Shown: positions 12,001 through 22,800 of the stretch, one piece after another | Layout of the letters: every line of letters starts with the position of its first letter | How positions within the stretch are numbered: position 1 is the stretch's first letter | IMG/VR virus record: IMGVR_UViG_3300020432_000004 | Length of the DNA stretch: 64,000 bases | From: a virus | Lineage: Duplodnaviria; Caudoviricetes | Strand: one strand, 5' to 3' | Position numbers and translations under genes: made by a program | Notes under the pieces: model-generated | Told to the model about the DNA's origin: nothing | The model's database searches: none | The model's input: the letters and a program-made list of their open reading frames with translations, nothing else

Positions 12001-15000
12001 TTTTAGATTACTATTCTCACGCTGCAACTGGAGATTACTTTGCAGGTCAATCATATTTGGATACACCATATGCAGACGTTCCTTATTATCAAGAGAAATT
12101 CCTACCTGATTTCTTAGACTTTAGACCAGGTGTTAAAAACTTATTTACAGGAACTGGAACAGTTTCATCTCCTGCATATGTTAATGCTGCTACACTAGAC
12201 TTTAAGCATAGAACATTCCCAACTGCAGGTAGTCCTGCTGCTACATTGTTTGACGTACCTAAAGTCAATAGTGATTTCAGATGTGACTTTGATTGGTATC
12301 TTCCTAGAGTTGATAAGTTATACTTACTACCTACTGGAGAGTTCCAAGTTGTTAAAGGTAAGTCAGAACAAAGACCTTCTCCTCCAGACGATCTACAAGA
12401 TGGTATGTTACTAGCAACGTTGCTACACGCACCATATGGTTTTGATCCTGCATCTGATGTTGTTATACAGAAATCTGATAATAGACGTTACACAATGCGT
12501 GACATTGGTAAGATAGAAAAACGTCTTGATCAAGTTGAATACTATACATCTCTTAATATGTTAGAGAGTGATACATTCAACGTTGAAATTACTGATGCAT
12601 CTGGTAAGAATCGTTTAAAGAATGGATTTATTGTAGATGATTTTACAGATCATTCTAAGTCAAGTACAACTAACCCAGATTTTGCTGCTGCATTAAGTTA
12701 CTCTGATGGAACAGCACAACCTTCACACTATACTACAAATACAGCATTATTAATAAATGAGTCTTTATCTCAAGGTTATAGAAAAACAGGACCTCTGATT
12801 ACATTACCATATGAAGAAATACCATTAATTACACAATCATATGCATCTCGTGTTGAGAACGTTAACCCATTCAACGTATTTACATACATTGGACGTATTG
12901 ACCTAACACCTGCTAGTGATGACTGGGTAGATACAAATCGTCTTCCTGTTAATGTCATTGACGTTGAAGGTGATTTTGAAGCAACTAGCAGAGCGATGAA
13001 TGTAGATCAATCTGGTTTTGCTCCTATTCAATGGGGTTCATGGAATACTAACTGGAGTGGAGAATCCACAGGTGCATGGAGTAGATGGAGAGAACATACA
13101 TTTGCTAACTTTGTTCGTGGTAGAGGTCGTCGTGTTATGGGATCAAGAACCATTACGACTACAACTAACCAGACTAGAAGAGGTATTAGAAGTAGAGTAG
13201 TTCCTAGGATTGATCGTCAATCTATGGGTGATAGAACTGTATCTTCAACTTCTATTCCTTGGATACGTTCTAGAAATATTGATGTAACTGTTGCTAGAAT
13301 GAAACCAAGAACTACATTCTATTCATTCTTTGATGGAACTAAGATTGGTGATTATATGATGCCAAAAGTTCTTGAAGTTATTAAAGATCCTTCTACAGAT
13401 AGTAGAACAAACTCAACACCATTTGTGATTGGTGAAACAGTTAGAGGTCTAACAAGTGGTGCTAGATTTAGAGTTTCTGCACCTAACGACTTCTTTACAT
13501 GGAATCCATATGATGATACTGATATGCCTTCATCATATTCTTCAACTACAAACTTTATTAATGTTGATACAGACTCTCTTGCTGCACAGGCAGTTGGACA
13601 ATATTACGGTAATATTCAAGTAGGTGAAGTACTAGTTGGAACATCAGGTGCACGAGCAGTTGTGCGTGATCGTAGATTAATGACTGATAGATTAGGACAA
13701 TGGAAAGGTTCACTATTCATTCCTCCTCCTCAAATTAGTACAAATCCACGTTGGCAAACTGGTAGTAGATTATTAAGGTTAACAACACATCCAGAAGATG
13801 CTAGAACTGGTGGAGCAGTTGCTTCTGCTGCACAAACAGAATACGCTGCAAAAGGAACTTTAAATACATTACAAGAAAACGTTCTTGCTATTAGAAACGC
13901 AGACATTGTTCAAGATACAGTAACACAAGATAGAACAGTACAAACAACTAGAACTGAGACACGTCAGGTTGGTTGGTGGGATCCACTTGCTCAATCATTC
14001 TTGGTTGATGAAGAAGGTGGTGTATTCTTAACTTCTGTTGATGTTTACTTTAACTCTAAAGATGGCAACATTCCTATCTCAATGCAGATTAGAACAATGT
14101 CAAATGGTTATCCAACAACATCTATTCTTCCTTTCTCTGATGTTACAGTAACTCCTGATACTATCCAGACATCTGAAACTGGTGCTATAGCAACTAAGTT
14201 TACGTTCCAAGCACCTGTTTATATTCCACAGTCTATTGAGCATTGCTTTGTTCTATTCTCAGACTCTAATGAATATCAGGTTTGGATTTCTAGAATGGGT
14301 GAATTAGATATTACTGGAGACAGAACTATATCTGAGCAACCATATGCAGGTGTGTTATTCAAATCACAAAACGCATCTACTTGGACTGCTGACCAGTATG
14401 AAGATCTTAAATTTATTATTTACAAAGCGGTATTCGATACTAATACTGTAAGTCAATTAACGTTGAACAATGCTCCTCTAGACTTAGGTAATGGTGGTAA
14501 GATTGTATTAAGAACTGATCCAGTACAAACATATCAACCAGAGTTACAACTAGTAATGAATGCTGTAAACAGTGTTTTACCTTATACAGTTGGTGCTCGT
14601 GTGTATCAGAAAACAACTCTTGCACAAGGAACAGTTAAGGAAGTTACAGACAGTAATGCAGGTGTTCTTCTAACTATCAATGATATATCAGGAACATGGC
14701 AAGCAGGTTCATCAACTGGTGGAACAATTATTAATAGATTAGTATCTTCCAAGACTACTGCTACTATGACAGTAAGTAGTGCATCTGGTGACTTTACAGT
14801 TGGAGAAACTATTACAGGTAACAGTGCTGCTGCTCCAACTGCAGAGGTTGTTAGTTGGACAGATAATGGTGGAGGAAATGGATCGTTAACACTTAAGTAT
14901 GTGTCAACAACCTTTACTACAACTACAGAACAAATTAGTGGTGGAACATCTGGTAAAACTGCTACTGTTGCAAGTATCAGTTATGCAGGTGATAACGTAT

Positions 15001-16274
15001 CTTCTTCAACTGTTCAAGATGCTTTCCCAAGTAGCACACCAACATACACAACATCACAAAGAAGAGTAACAGTACAACATTCACATCATGGTATGCATGA
15101 TACTGATAACAATGTTGTTATTGAGGGTGTTAAATCTGAAGTATCACCAACATACTTGACATCATCTATATCTGATTCAGATACAACTATACAAGTTAAT
15201 GATGCTACTGCGTTCCACACTGTTATTAATGGTGCAAACGTAGGTTCTCTAAACTTAGGTTATATTAAGATTGAAGATGAGATTATGTCTTACACAGGAA
15301 TTAGTGGAACTGGTAAAACTATTACTATTAATGAAAGAGGATTAGCAGGAACTACTGCTGTAAGTCACGCTGATGAAACAGATGTAGAATGCTATAACTT
15401 AGATGGTATTCCTCTAATTGAAATTAATAAGACTCATAATAATATTATGAATCCTACCTTAGATAGTTACGATCTTGCAACTTCATCTATTGCTAGGTTG
15501 GGTATTAGGTCAGGTGATAACCATGTTATTGCATCACAAAATATTCAGTATGAGATCATTTCTCCTCAGATTCAGAGAATGACTCTACCTAAGACACAGA
15601 TTACTGCAAGAGTTAACACTATTACAGGTACATCTATTAATGATGGAAATGCATTATCACAAAATTCATTCAGTAATACTGGTGAGTTCTATGATGTAAA
15701 CCTAGGTGAGGACAACTACTTTGTTGCTCCACAGTTGATATGTTCTGCTATCAATGAGTCTGCTGAATTAAGTGGTGCCAAGTCATTTAGACTTGACTTA
15801 ACAATGTTCAGTGAAATGGATAACGTAACTCCTGTTGTTGATACTGACAGAATGTCTATCACTACAATCAGTAATAGAATCAATGCTCCTAGTGATACTA
15901 CCACCGCTACATTACCAGTTGGTGATGAACATAACGGTGTTTATATTACTAAGGTTGCTGATCTAACTAATCCATCATCCTCTATTAAATTAATGTTTGC
16001 GGGTTATCGTCCATCTAACACTCACATTAAACCTCTATATAGAGTATTACCCTCTGGATCTACTGATCCAATCGAAAGTTTAGGATGGCAGTATTTTGAT
16101 ACTCAAGATGCTAAGATTCCAGATACTACTGAGGAAGTAGAATTTTTCGATTATGAGTATGAAGTCACTGGTTTAGACTTCTCACAATATCAAATTAAGA
16201 TAGTGTTCGTATCTCCAAACCAAGCATACTCACCAGTCATTAGAGATCTAAGAGCAATCGCCCTTGCTGTATAA
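9045..16274 (+). CDS. Large virion structural protein (VrlC/DUF4815-like)
   Basis: N-terminus NLNVTPYYDDFD..KNFYRVLFRPG.PIQARELTQ.QSILQNQ; DPLAQSF; GVLFKSQNASTW; C-terminal RDLRAIALA. Confidence 0.85.
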   Translation: MAQNTNLNVTPYYDDFDKAKNFYRVLFRPGFPIQARELTQSQSILQNQIENMGTHLFKDGSMVIPGQVGYDLNVDAIMVQESFLGADVESYRNQITGKIITGLTSGVKAKVLYSISSAQSDKGYITLYIKYIESGGEENNQTTFTNNEQLITDTEITFGTTLIEVGSPFAQLLPTAATQVGSVAYVQEGVYFIRGFFVDVPYQYILLDQYGSNPKYRIGLEILESIITPEDDLSLNDNAAGTSNYAAPGSHRFRITTNLVKKLLTDEADKDFIELLRINGNKIEKLVDRSAYDELEKSLATRTYEESGDYVVSDFQINMRENLNDGFNNGVYESGDTTAQGNSAAESMYAIEFGPGTAYVRGYRLKTLSPTYVDLAKPRDTEAAQNTIIPFTLGNYSKIQNLYGFVNTAGSTIGNAYQTVELHDRFTATPGDAVGNLIGYARVASLEFLQDPDSNFGDADDKYNMHLFDVQMFTVLHLASAQTISTGAADQRGTLVVGKSSGARGYLIDNVASATHLNLYQVEGNFQKGEMVTVDGLNLDTITNMHQYVYSDTRQVLARDENTQAVEFTADIILEDLKFVQGATFTYDATSSNEKITGLNSNFAADLRPGDRLYFSETKYVDVDFVDPTNLASSNNSTIFTYSTQVVNVTPGAGSAGPTGGTYNTILRYRAKLWETEKATLLKQMPKPYVKSISDESMVVRRTFDNQTVAANAISITLPENEQFQAITNSAYSFTVMGSTSSAYPVGAQIPIDTVNTGAIGYTTFTSADRTTIQITNLDVTGDAGAITSVKVTASVSKNVTAKKTKSPYNMFVLKVNQTVSNLDKQNYGLTYSGVYGTRIEDVDLSLGITDVFNIHAVYESLDDADPILPSITLVEPTFFETKSIVTGKTSGARARVVDFNSSTLKLSIVYLSGQFISGETVDGFNSSNIAIQGIINDSVGSIVAGSKVITDRYELETGQTGFIYGISKLVRKKGVAKPIRKLKIVLDYYSHAATGDYFAGQSYLDTPYADVPYYQEKFLPDFLDFRPGVKNLFTGTGTVSSPAYVNAATLDFKHRTFPTAGSPAATLFDVPKVNSDFRCDFDWYLPRVDKLYLLPTGEFQVVKGKSEQRPSPPDDLQDGMLLATLLHAPYGFDPASDVVIQKSDNRRYTMRDIGKIEKRLDQVEYYTSLNMLESDTFNVEITDASGKNRLKNGFIVDDFTDHSKSSTTNPDFAAALSYSDGTAQPSHYTTNTALLINESLSQGYRKTGPLITLPYEEIPLITQSYASRVENVNPFNVFTYIGRIDLTPASDDWVDTNRLPVNVIDVEGDFEATSRAMNVDQSGFAPIQWGSWNTNWSGESTGAWSRWREHTFANFVRGRGRRVMGSRTITTTTNQTRRGIRSRVVPRIDRQSMGDRTVSSTSIPWIRSRNIDVTVARMKPRTTFYSFFDGTKIGDYMMPKVLEVIKDPSTDSRTNSTPFVIGETVRGLTSGARFRVSAPNDFFTWNPYDDTDMPSSYSSTTNFINVDTDSLAAQAVGQYYGNIQVGEVLVGTSGARAVVRDRRLMTDRLGQWKGSLFIPPPQISTNPRWQTGSRLLRLTTHPEDARTGGAVASAAQTEYAAKGTLNTLQENVLAIRNADIVQDTVTQDRTVQTTRTETRQVGWWDPLAQSFLVDEEGGVFLTSVDVYFNSKDGNIPISMQIRTMSNGYPTTSILPFSDVTVTPDTIQTSETGAIATKFTFQAPVYIPQSIEHCFVLFSDSNEYQVWISRMGELDITGDRTISEQPYAGVLFKSQNASTWTADQYEDLKFIIYKAVFDTNTVSQLTLNNAPLDLGNGGKIVLRTDPVQTYQPELQLVMNAVNSVLPYTVGARVYQKTTLAQGTVKEVTDSNAGVLLTINDISGTWQAGSSTGGTIINRLVSSKTTATMTVSSASGDFTVGETITGNSAAAPTAEVVSWTDNGGGNGSLTLKYVSTTFTTTTEQISGGTSGKTATVASISYAGDNVSSSTVQDAFPSSTPTYTTSQRRVTVQHSHHGMHDTDNNVVIEGVKSEVSPTYLTSSISDSDTTIQVNDATAFHTVINGANVGSLNLGYIKIEDEIMSYTGISGTGKTITINERGLAGTTAVSHADETDVECYNLDGIPLIEINKTHNNIMNPTLDSYDLATSSIARLGIRSGDNHVIASQNIQYEIISPQIQRMTLPKTQITARVNTITGTSINDGNALSQNSFSNTGEFYDVNLGEDNYFVAPQLICSAINESAELSGAKSFRLDLTMFSEMDNVTPVVDTDRMSITTISNRINAPSDTTTATLPVGDEHNGVYITKVADLTNPSSSIKLMFAGYRPSNTHIKPLYRVLPSGSTDPIESLGWQYFDTQDAKIPDTTEEVEFFDYEYEVTGLDFSQYQIKIVFVSPNQAYSPVIRDLRAIALAV

Positions 16275-16507
16275 TGAAAATCCCGATTAAAGACGGAGAG
16301 AAAAGACTCGAAGGATGGTACAAGGATGATAGAACTGGAGCAATCCAGTGTTCTGACAAAGCGAAGTATGAACAATACATGAAGCAATATAGAGCAGAAC
16401 AAAAGAAAGAACTTGATTTAGCCACTTTACAAAATGATGTTTCTGGTCTAAAATCAGAGTTAGATGAGATTAAATCTCTTCTGTTAACGTTAACAAAACA
16501 ATCCTGA
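16274..16507 (+). CDS. Small coiled-coil hypothetical protein
   Basis: Translationally coupled (TAATG) to the VrlC-like gene; heptad C-terminus. Confidence 0.7.
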   Translation: MKIPIKDGEKRLEGWYKDDRTGAIQCSDKAKYEQYMKQYRAEQKKELDLATLQNDVSGLKSELDEIKSLLLTLTKQS

Positions 16508-16509
16508 TT

Positions 16510-16746
16510 ATGGAAAAAATAGGTCAAGACCAAATGTTGTCTCAATTTAAAGAGAGATATACAGGTCTGATAAATGAAAATCAGCAACTTGCTGAAAAAA
16601 TTAAACAAAATGAAGTGCAAGCACTAAAGCTTCAAGGTGCTATCGAAGCATTGGAGTATTACAATCCTCCCGAAGAGACTCCAGAATCACCCCCAGAAAT
16701 ACCTGCGGATGATATAGCTGATGAGTCTCCTGGTTTAACTGATTAA
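16510..16746 (+). CDS. Small coiled-coil hypothetical protein
   Basis: ORF with LKLQGAIEALE coiled coil and acidic tail, followed by a terminator. Confidence 0.7.
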   Translation: MEKIGQDQMLSQFKERYTGLINENQQLAEKIKQNEVQALKLQGAIEALEYYNPPEETPESPPEIPADDIADESPGLTD

Positions 16747-16755
16747 TGATTTTTT

Positions 16756-16781
16756 AAGGGGGACACGAGTTCCCCTTTTTT
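16756..16781 (+). terminator. Intrinsic terminator
   Basis: AAGGGGGAC-ACGA-GTTCCCCTT hairpin followed by a T-run. Confidence 0.8.
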
Positions 16782-16786
16782 AGTGA

Positions 16787-16794
16787 CATAAATA
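16787..16794 (+). promoter_or_regulatory. Late promoter CATAAATA
   Basis: Between the terminator and the tail fibre gene. Confidence 0.75.
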
Positions 16795-16833
16795 ACTTGG
16801 AAGCATGTTCTCATAAGGTTGTCCTAAAATAAA

Positions 16834-19800
16834 ATGGCAAATAGAATACAATTAAGAAGGGGTGGTGCTCAGGAATGGGCAAACGCAAACCCTACTCTTG
16901 CTCAAGGTGAATTGGGTATTGAGTTAGATACTGGTCGATTTAAGATAGGTGATGGTGTATCAGCATGGAATACCTTGCGATATGAAAGACCTGTTGAATC
17001 TATATCTAACACTGCAAACACTCTTGTACAAAGGGATGCTGATGGTAATTTTGCTGCAGGTGTTATAACTGCAACGTTGATTGGTAACGCTTCTACTGCT
17101 GCAAGACTTTCATCAACTAGACAGATAACTTTATCTGACGACCTAAGTGCTACAGGAACATTTGACGGATCACAAAACTTAAACCTTGCTGCAGAACTTT
17201 CTTTAGTTTCAACACTCCCTCATTATGATGGAACATCTTCTTCATCTGGAACTTATAACAAAGTAACTGTAGACGCAAAAGGTAGAATTACTGCTGCACA
17301 AGACTTTACTACAAGTAACAATGGAACCCTTGCTGATTACGGTCTAGATGGGACTGTAGAGGGTGCTTCTGCTCAACCTTATGATTTAGACCTAGTTGCT
17401 GTTGCAGGTCTTACAACGACTGGTATTATCGCTAGAACTAGTGGTGGTGCTATGTCAACCAGAACCGTTACTGGAACTGCAGGAAAGATACAAATTAATA
17501 ATGGTGCAGGTGTAAACGGTAACCCAACAATTAATTTAATTACTACAACTGTAGTACCTGGTGATTATAATACAGAGTCTTTGACATCTGTAAGTGCTGT
17601 AGGAAGTAATAGCGAACCATTTGGAACTGAGACTGTAAACGCAGTTAAGTTTACTGTTGACGAAGATGGTAGATTACAGTCATCTACAAACGTTCCTATT
17701 GCAACTGCTACAGAAGGTAGTAAGTATGGTGCATTTAATGGTGCTACCAATTATGTAAGATATAATATAATTGAAACAGGAGGTAAGGTATATCAAGCAA
17801 TTCAAGATATTAGTTCTGGAGGAGTTGCACCAACTCATGTAGATAGTTCTGATGCTAATGGTTGGAGATATCTCGCTGCTGCTGCAGTAGAACAAAAAGG
17901 ATTAGCATCATTTGCTCAAGAAGATTTTGATGTAGATTCAAATGGTCATGTTACTATTGCTCCTGCAGGTGTAGATAATACACAGATGCAAAATAATAGA
18001 ATAGGTTTTGCAGATGGTAATACAGTAGAGAATTTTGAATTAGATCAAGAATTAACTGCAACAACTGGTTATAGAGGATTTAACTATCTTAATTATGTTA
18101 AGGTAAACAATACTTCTGGTAGTCTATTATTTGGTGCAAACAATACAGGAGATAGTGGAAACGGAGAAGTTGATATTAATGTAAGAACTGTATTCAGTGA
18201 TCCTGATTTCATGTTCGATGGTGCAGGTACACAACAGATTGATAAAACTGGTGATGGTGATTTCAACATAGAACTCACACAAAACACTGCAGTAGATAGA
18301 AACCTAACTGTATCTTCTACTAACGCAGGTTCTGGAACTAGCACATTAACATTATCTGCAGAAGATGTAGTAGATATTGATGCCACTGCTGCAACTGGAA
18401 AGGTACATATAGAAACAATGAGATTCCAAGCAGACCATATTGGTGCTGTTGGAGACATTTTAATTGACCCTAATGACGACAGAGATGTTAGTGGTCTAGT
18501 AACAATTAGAGGAAACTTACAAGTAGATGGAACGACTACAACAGTTAATTCAACAGTCACAACGTTGGATGATCCAATCATTACTCTTGGCGGTGACACT
18601 GCTCCTGCTAGTGATGATGGTAAGGATAGGGGAGTTGAGTTCAGATATTATGACTCTCAAGCAAGACTTGGATTCTTCGGTTACGACGATTCGTATGCAG
18701 ATCTCGGAGGACACTCAGGGGGATTCCGTTTTCTATATGATGCCACAAATATTGGAGAGGTATTTACAGGAACAGATGCAGGGGTCATTGCAGGAAATCT
18801 AAAACTTACAACTAATACTAATTCAACATCTAATACTACAGGAGATTTGGTAGTAGCAGGTGGTGTAGGTATAGGTGATGATGTTAATATTGGTGGAACA
18901 GTTGATATTGATACTAACTTAAGAACTCGTGGAACTACTAGATTTGATGACGAGGTAGTTATTCAAGGTGCTTCTAAGAACTTCATTATGAAGAACGGAA
19001 GTGGAACTGCAAAAATTACTGCAGGATCTACAACTGGTAACATTACTATGGAAGGCATCCTTGCTGTTACAGGCAATGTAGATGTAAACACTGACAAGTT
19101 TAATATAACAGCATCCTCTGGTAATACTGCTATTGCAGGTACTCTAGTAGTAAGTGATGCAACTACTATAAAGGCAGACAATAAGTTCTTCAAGATTCAA
19201 ACTGCTGCAGCTGCAGATAAATTTACAGTTGATACAGACAACGGTAATACAGTTATATCTGGTGAGTTGAATGTTAACTCAGCTGTTGATCTTGATACAA
19301 CATTAAACGTAGATGGTGGTGCTACATTCCAAGACAATGTAACTATCAACGCTGATAACAAGATGTTTAAGATCCAGACAAATGGATCTGTTGATAAGTT
19401 TACAGTAGATAGTGATAATGGTAATACAGTTATTGCAGGTCAGTTAAATGTAAACTCAGCTGTTGATTTAGATAGCACTTTAAATGTTGATAACGCTTCT
19501 ACATTCCAACACAATGTAACTATCAATGCTGACAATAAGATGTTCAAGATACAGAACAACTCAAACAGCGATAAGTTTACAGTAGATACTGACAACGGAA
19601 ATACAACTATACAAGGAACCGTTGATATTGTTGGTAACACAACTCTCACAAATAACTTTACAGTTAATGGTTCTCAAACAACTATTGGTAATGCTAATAG
19701 CGATGTTCTAACTGTTAATGCAGACGCAACATTTACAGATGATCTTACAGTAAATGCAACCGTTGACTTTGATTCAACTCTAAATGTTGATGGTCAAGCA

Positions 19801-22800
19801 ACCTTCCAAGACAATATCATCTTGAACGCTGACAATAAGATGTTCAAGATACAGACTAATGGTTCTGTAGATAAATTTACAGTTGATTCTGATAATGGTA
19901 ATACAGATATACAAGGAACATTAATAGTACAGGGTCAAACTAGTATTATTGATTCACTTGTAATCAATGCTTCTAATGAGAACTTCTTAATTCAGAATGG
20001 TTCTGGTGTTAATAAGTTTACAGTTGATACAGACAATGGTAATACTAACATTGTTGGAACAATAACTGTTGGAAGTGCATCACAAATTAATTCTACTCTT
20101 GGTGTTACTGGAGTTACAAGTCTAACAAATGCTGCAGACCAAACAATTACAGGAACATATGGTGCAGATGGTGGTGTAAGAATTAGCGGTGGTGTTGGAA
20201 TTACTAAGAGACTTGCTGTAGGATCTGATGCAAGAGTATATGGTAATACCACATTATCAGGAACTGTAGATATTGATAATAATACTGATGTATCTGGTAA
20301 GTTTAATATTAGTAATACTCAAGATGCCACAAGTTTTGCAGATAATTCTGTAGCATTTACTAATGATGGTGGTGCAAGAATTACTAAGAACACTTACATT
20401 GGTGGTGATCTTGTTGTTTATGACAACACTAACACAAGAGCTGCATTTACTGTTACTAATTTAACAGGAGATGGCGAGTTCCATAATGATCTTACAGTTG
20501 GAGGTAACTTAATAGTCAATGGAGCAACAACTACTGTCAACAGCACGGTCACAACTCTCGATGACCCTGTTATTACTTTGGGTGGTGACACAGCACCAGT
20601 CTCTAACGATGCTAAGGATCGTGGTGTTGAGTTCCGTTACTACGACGGCTCTGCTAAAGTTGGGTACTTCGGATTAGATAGATCATCCTTAGAATTTGCA
20701 TTCTTAACAGACGCTACTAATAATTCAGAGATATTTACAGGAACTGACGGTGCATTAAGAGTTGGTTCTATTCATGTTACAGGTGCAGGACAATCTGTTG
20801 ACATTGATTCAAATGCAAACATAGATGGAACTCTAACTGTAGATGGTCAAATTACATCTCAGGTATCATCAGGACCTGCTCTTGTTATTCCAACAACTGA
20901 TAAGATTAATAATCTAAACGCAGACCTATTGGATAGCATGACAACTGCGACTGCAAACACTGCATCTACAGTTGTTAATCGTGACTCATCTGGTGACTTT
21001 GCTGCTAATATTATCACTGTTGCATCTGGAACTGGATCAGGTGCAGGTATTCAAGGTAACGCAATTACTGCTGACGAATGGAAGACTGCTAGAACATTAA
21101 CAGTTAATGGTGTTGTAAACGGAAGTATAAGCATTAATGGTGGTTCAGATATTACACTTACAACAACATTTGATGATCCTGATATAACTGGATTATCTGG
21201 AATGACTGGTACTGGTTATGTTGTAAGAACTGCTGCTAATACTTTTGCACAAAGAACCTTACAAGTTACAGGAAGCTCAGGTATAACACTTACCAATGCT
21301 GATGGTGTTCAAGGAGACACAACTATTAACGTTGCTTCTACACCTAACAATGCATCTGACAACTTAGTCTTACGTGATGGATCTGGTAACTTCTCTGCAG
21401 GAGAAATAACTGCAGATCTAAGTGGTAACTTAATTGCTAATTCCAGTACAGCAAAAACAATAATTCCTGTTACTGATTCTGCTTGGAATCTAGGATCTAA
21501 CTCTGCTAGATGGTTACACATTTATGGTGATAATATTACTGCAACTGATGCAACTATTACTAATATTAGTGGTGATTTAACTGGTAACTTAGTTGCATCA
21601 TCTTCCACAACTAAAACTATAGTTCCTTCACAGGCTTCTCAATGGTCTATAGGACATACTACTAACAGATACTCATACGTTTATTCAGATAACTTTATTG
21701 GAACTACAGCACAAGTAGATGTAAATGGTGATCTAACTGGTAATTTAGTTGCATCTTCTAGTACTGCAAAAACAGTAGTTCCTGCTGCTAATTCTACTTG
21801 GAATCTAGGAGCAACTGCAAACAGATGGGCATATGTGTATGCAGATACTTTCACAGGAACTACTGGAAATATTGATCAGGTAAATGGTAATCTAAGTGGT
21901 AACTTAGTTGCATCAAATTCCTCAACTAAAAATATAATTCCTGCTACTGATAGCACTTGGAATATAGGATCTTCCACAAACAGATATGCATACATTTATG
22001 GAGATAGCCTTGTTGCTACTTCTGCAACTATTGATCAAGTAAATGGTGATCTAAGTGGTAACTTAGTTGGTAATTCTTCCACAACTAAAACTGTAGTTCC
22101 TGTTACTGATTCTACTTACAACCTAGGATCAACTTCAAACAGATATGCATATGCTTATGCAGATAGCTTTGTTGGTGATACTGCAAATATTGGTCAAGTA
22201 AATGGTGATCTAGGTGGTAATTTAACTAATAACTCATCTAGTGCAAAAACTATAGTTCCTGCTGCTACTTCTACTTGGAATCTAGGATCAACTACAAACA
22301 GATGGGCATATACTTACTCAAATAGTTTTGTTGGTACTTCCGCAACTATTGATAGTATTAATGGTGATCTAGGTGGTAACTTAACTAATAACTCATCTAC
22401 TGCCAAGACATTTGTTCCTGTTCAAGACAACACTTGGAATCTAGGATCTACCACAAATAAATGGGCATATGGATATATCAATACAGTAAATGGAGTTACA
22501 GGAACATTCACTACATTGTCTGGTGATCTAGGTGGTAACTTAACTAATAATTCATCTACTGCAAAAACTATAGTTCCTGTCACAGGTTCTACTTGGAATC
22601 TAGGATCTGGCACAAATAGATGGGCATATCTATATGTTGATACTATCAATGTTGCAAATGCTATTAGTGCTAACGTAACTGGTGACCTAACAGGTAATGC
22701 TGATACTGCAACTGCCTTACAGACTGCAAGAACTATCGGTGGCACAACCTTTGACGGAACTGCTGATATTACTCCTGCTACTGCAACACAGGCAACAAAC

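Noticed and set aside
16834-16990. Mtd-type N-terminus suggesting a diversity-generating retroelement
   Set aside because: No reverse transcriptase and no template/variable repeat pair with adenine-specific differences is visible; this domain is a common fibre anchor
21415-22686. Regularly spaced DNA repeats as a CRISPR-like array
   Set aside because: In-frame 159-nt coding repeats with conserved 'spacers'; no cas genes
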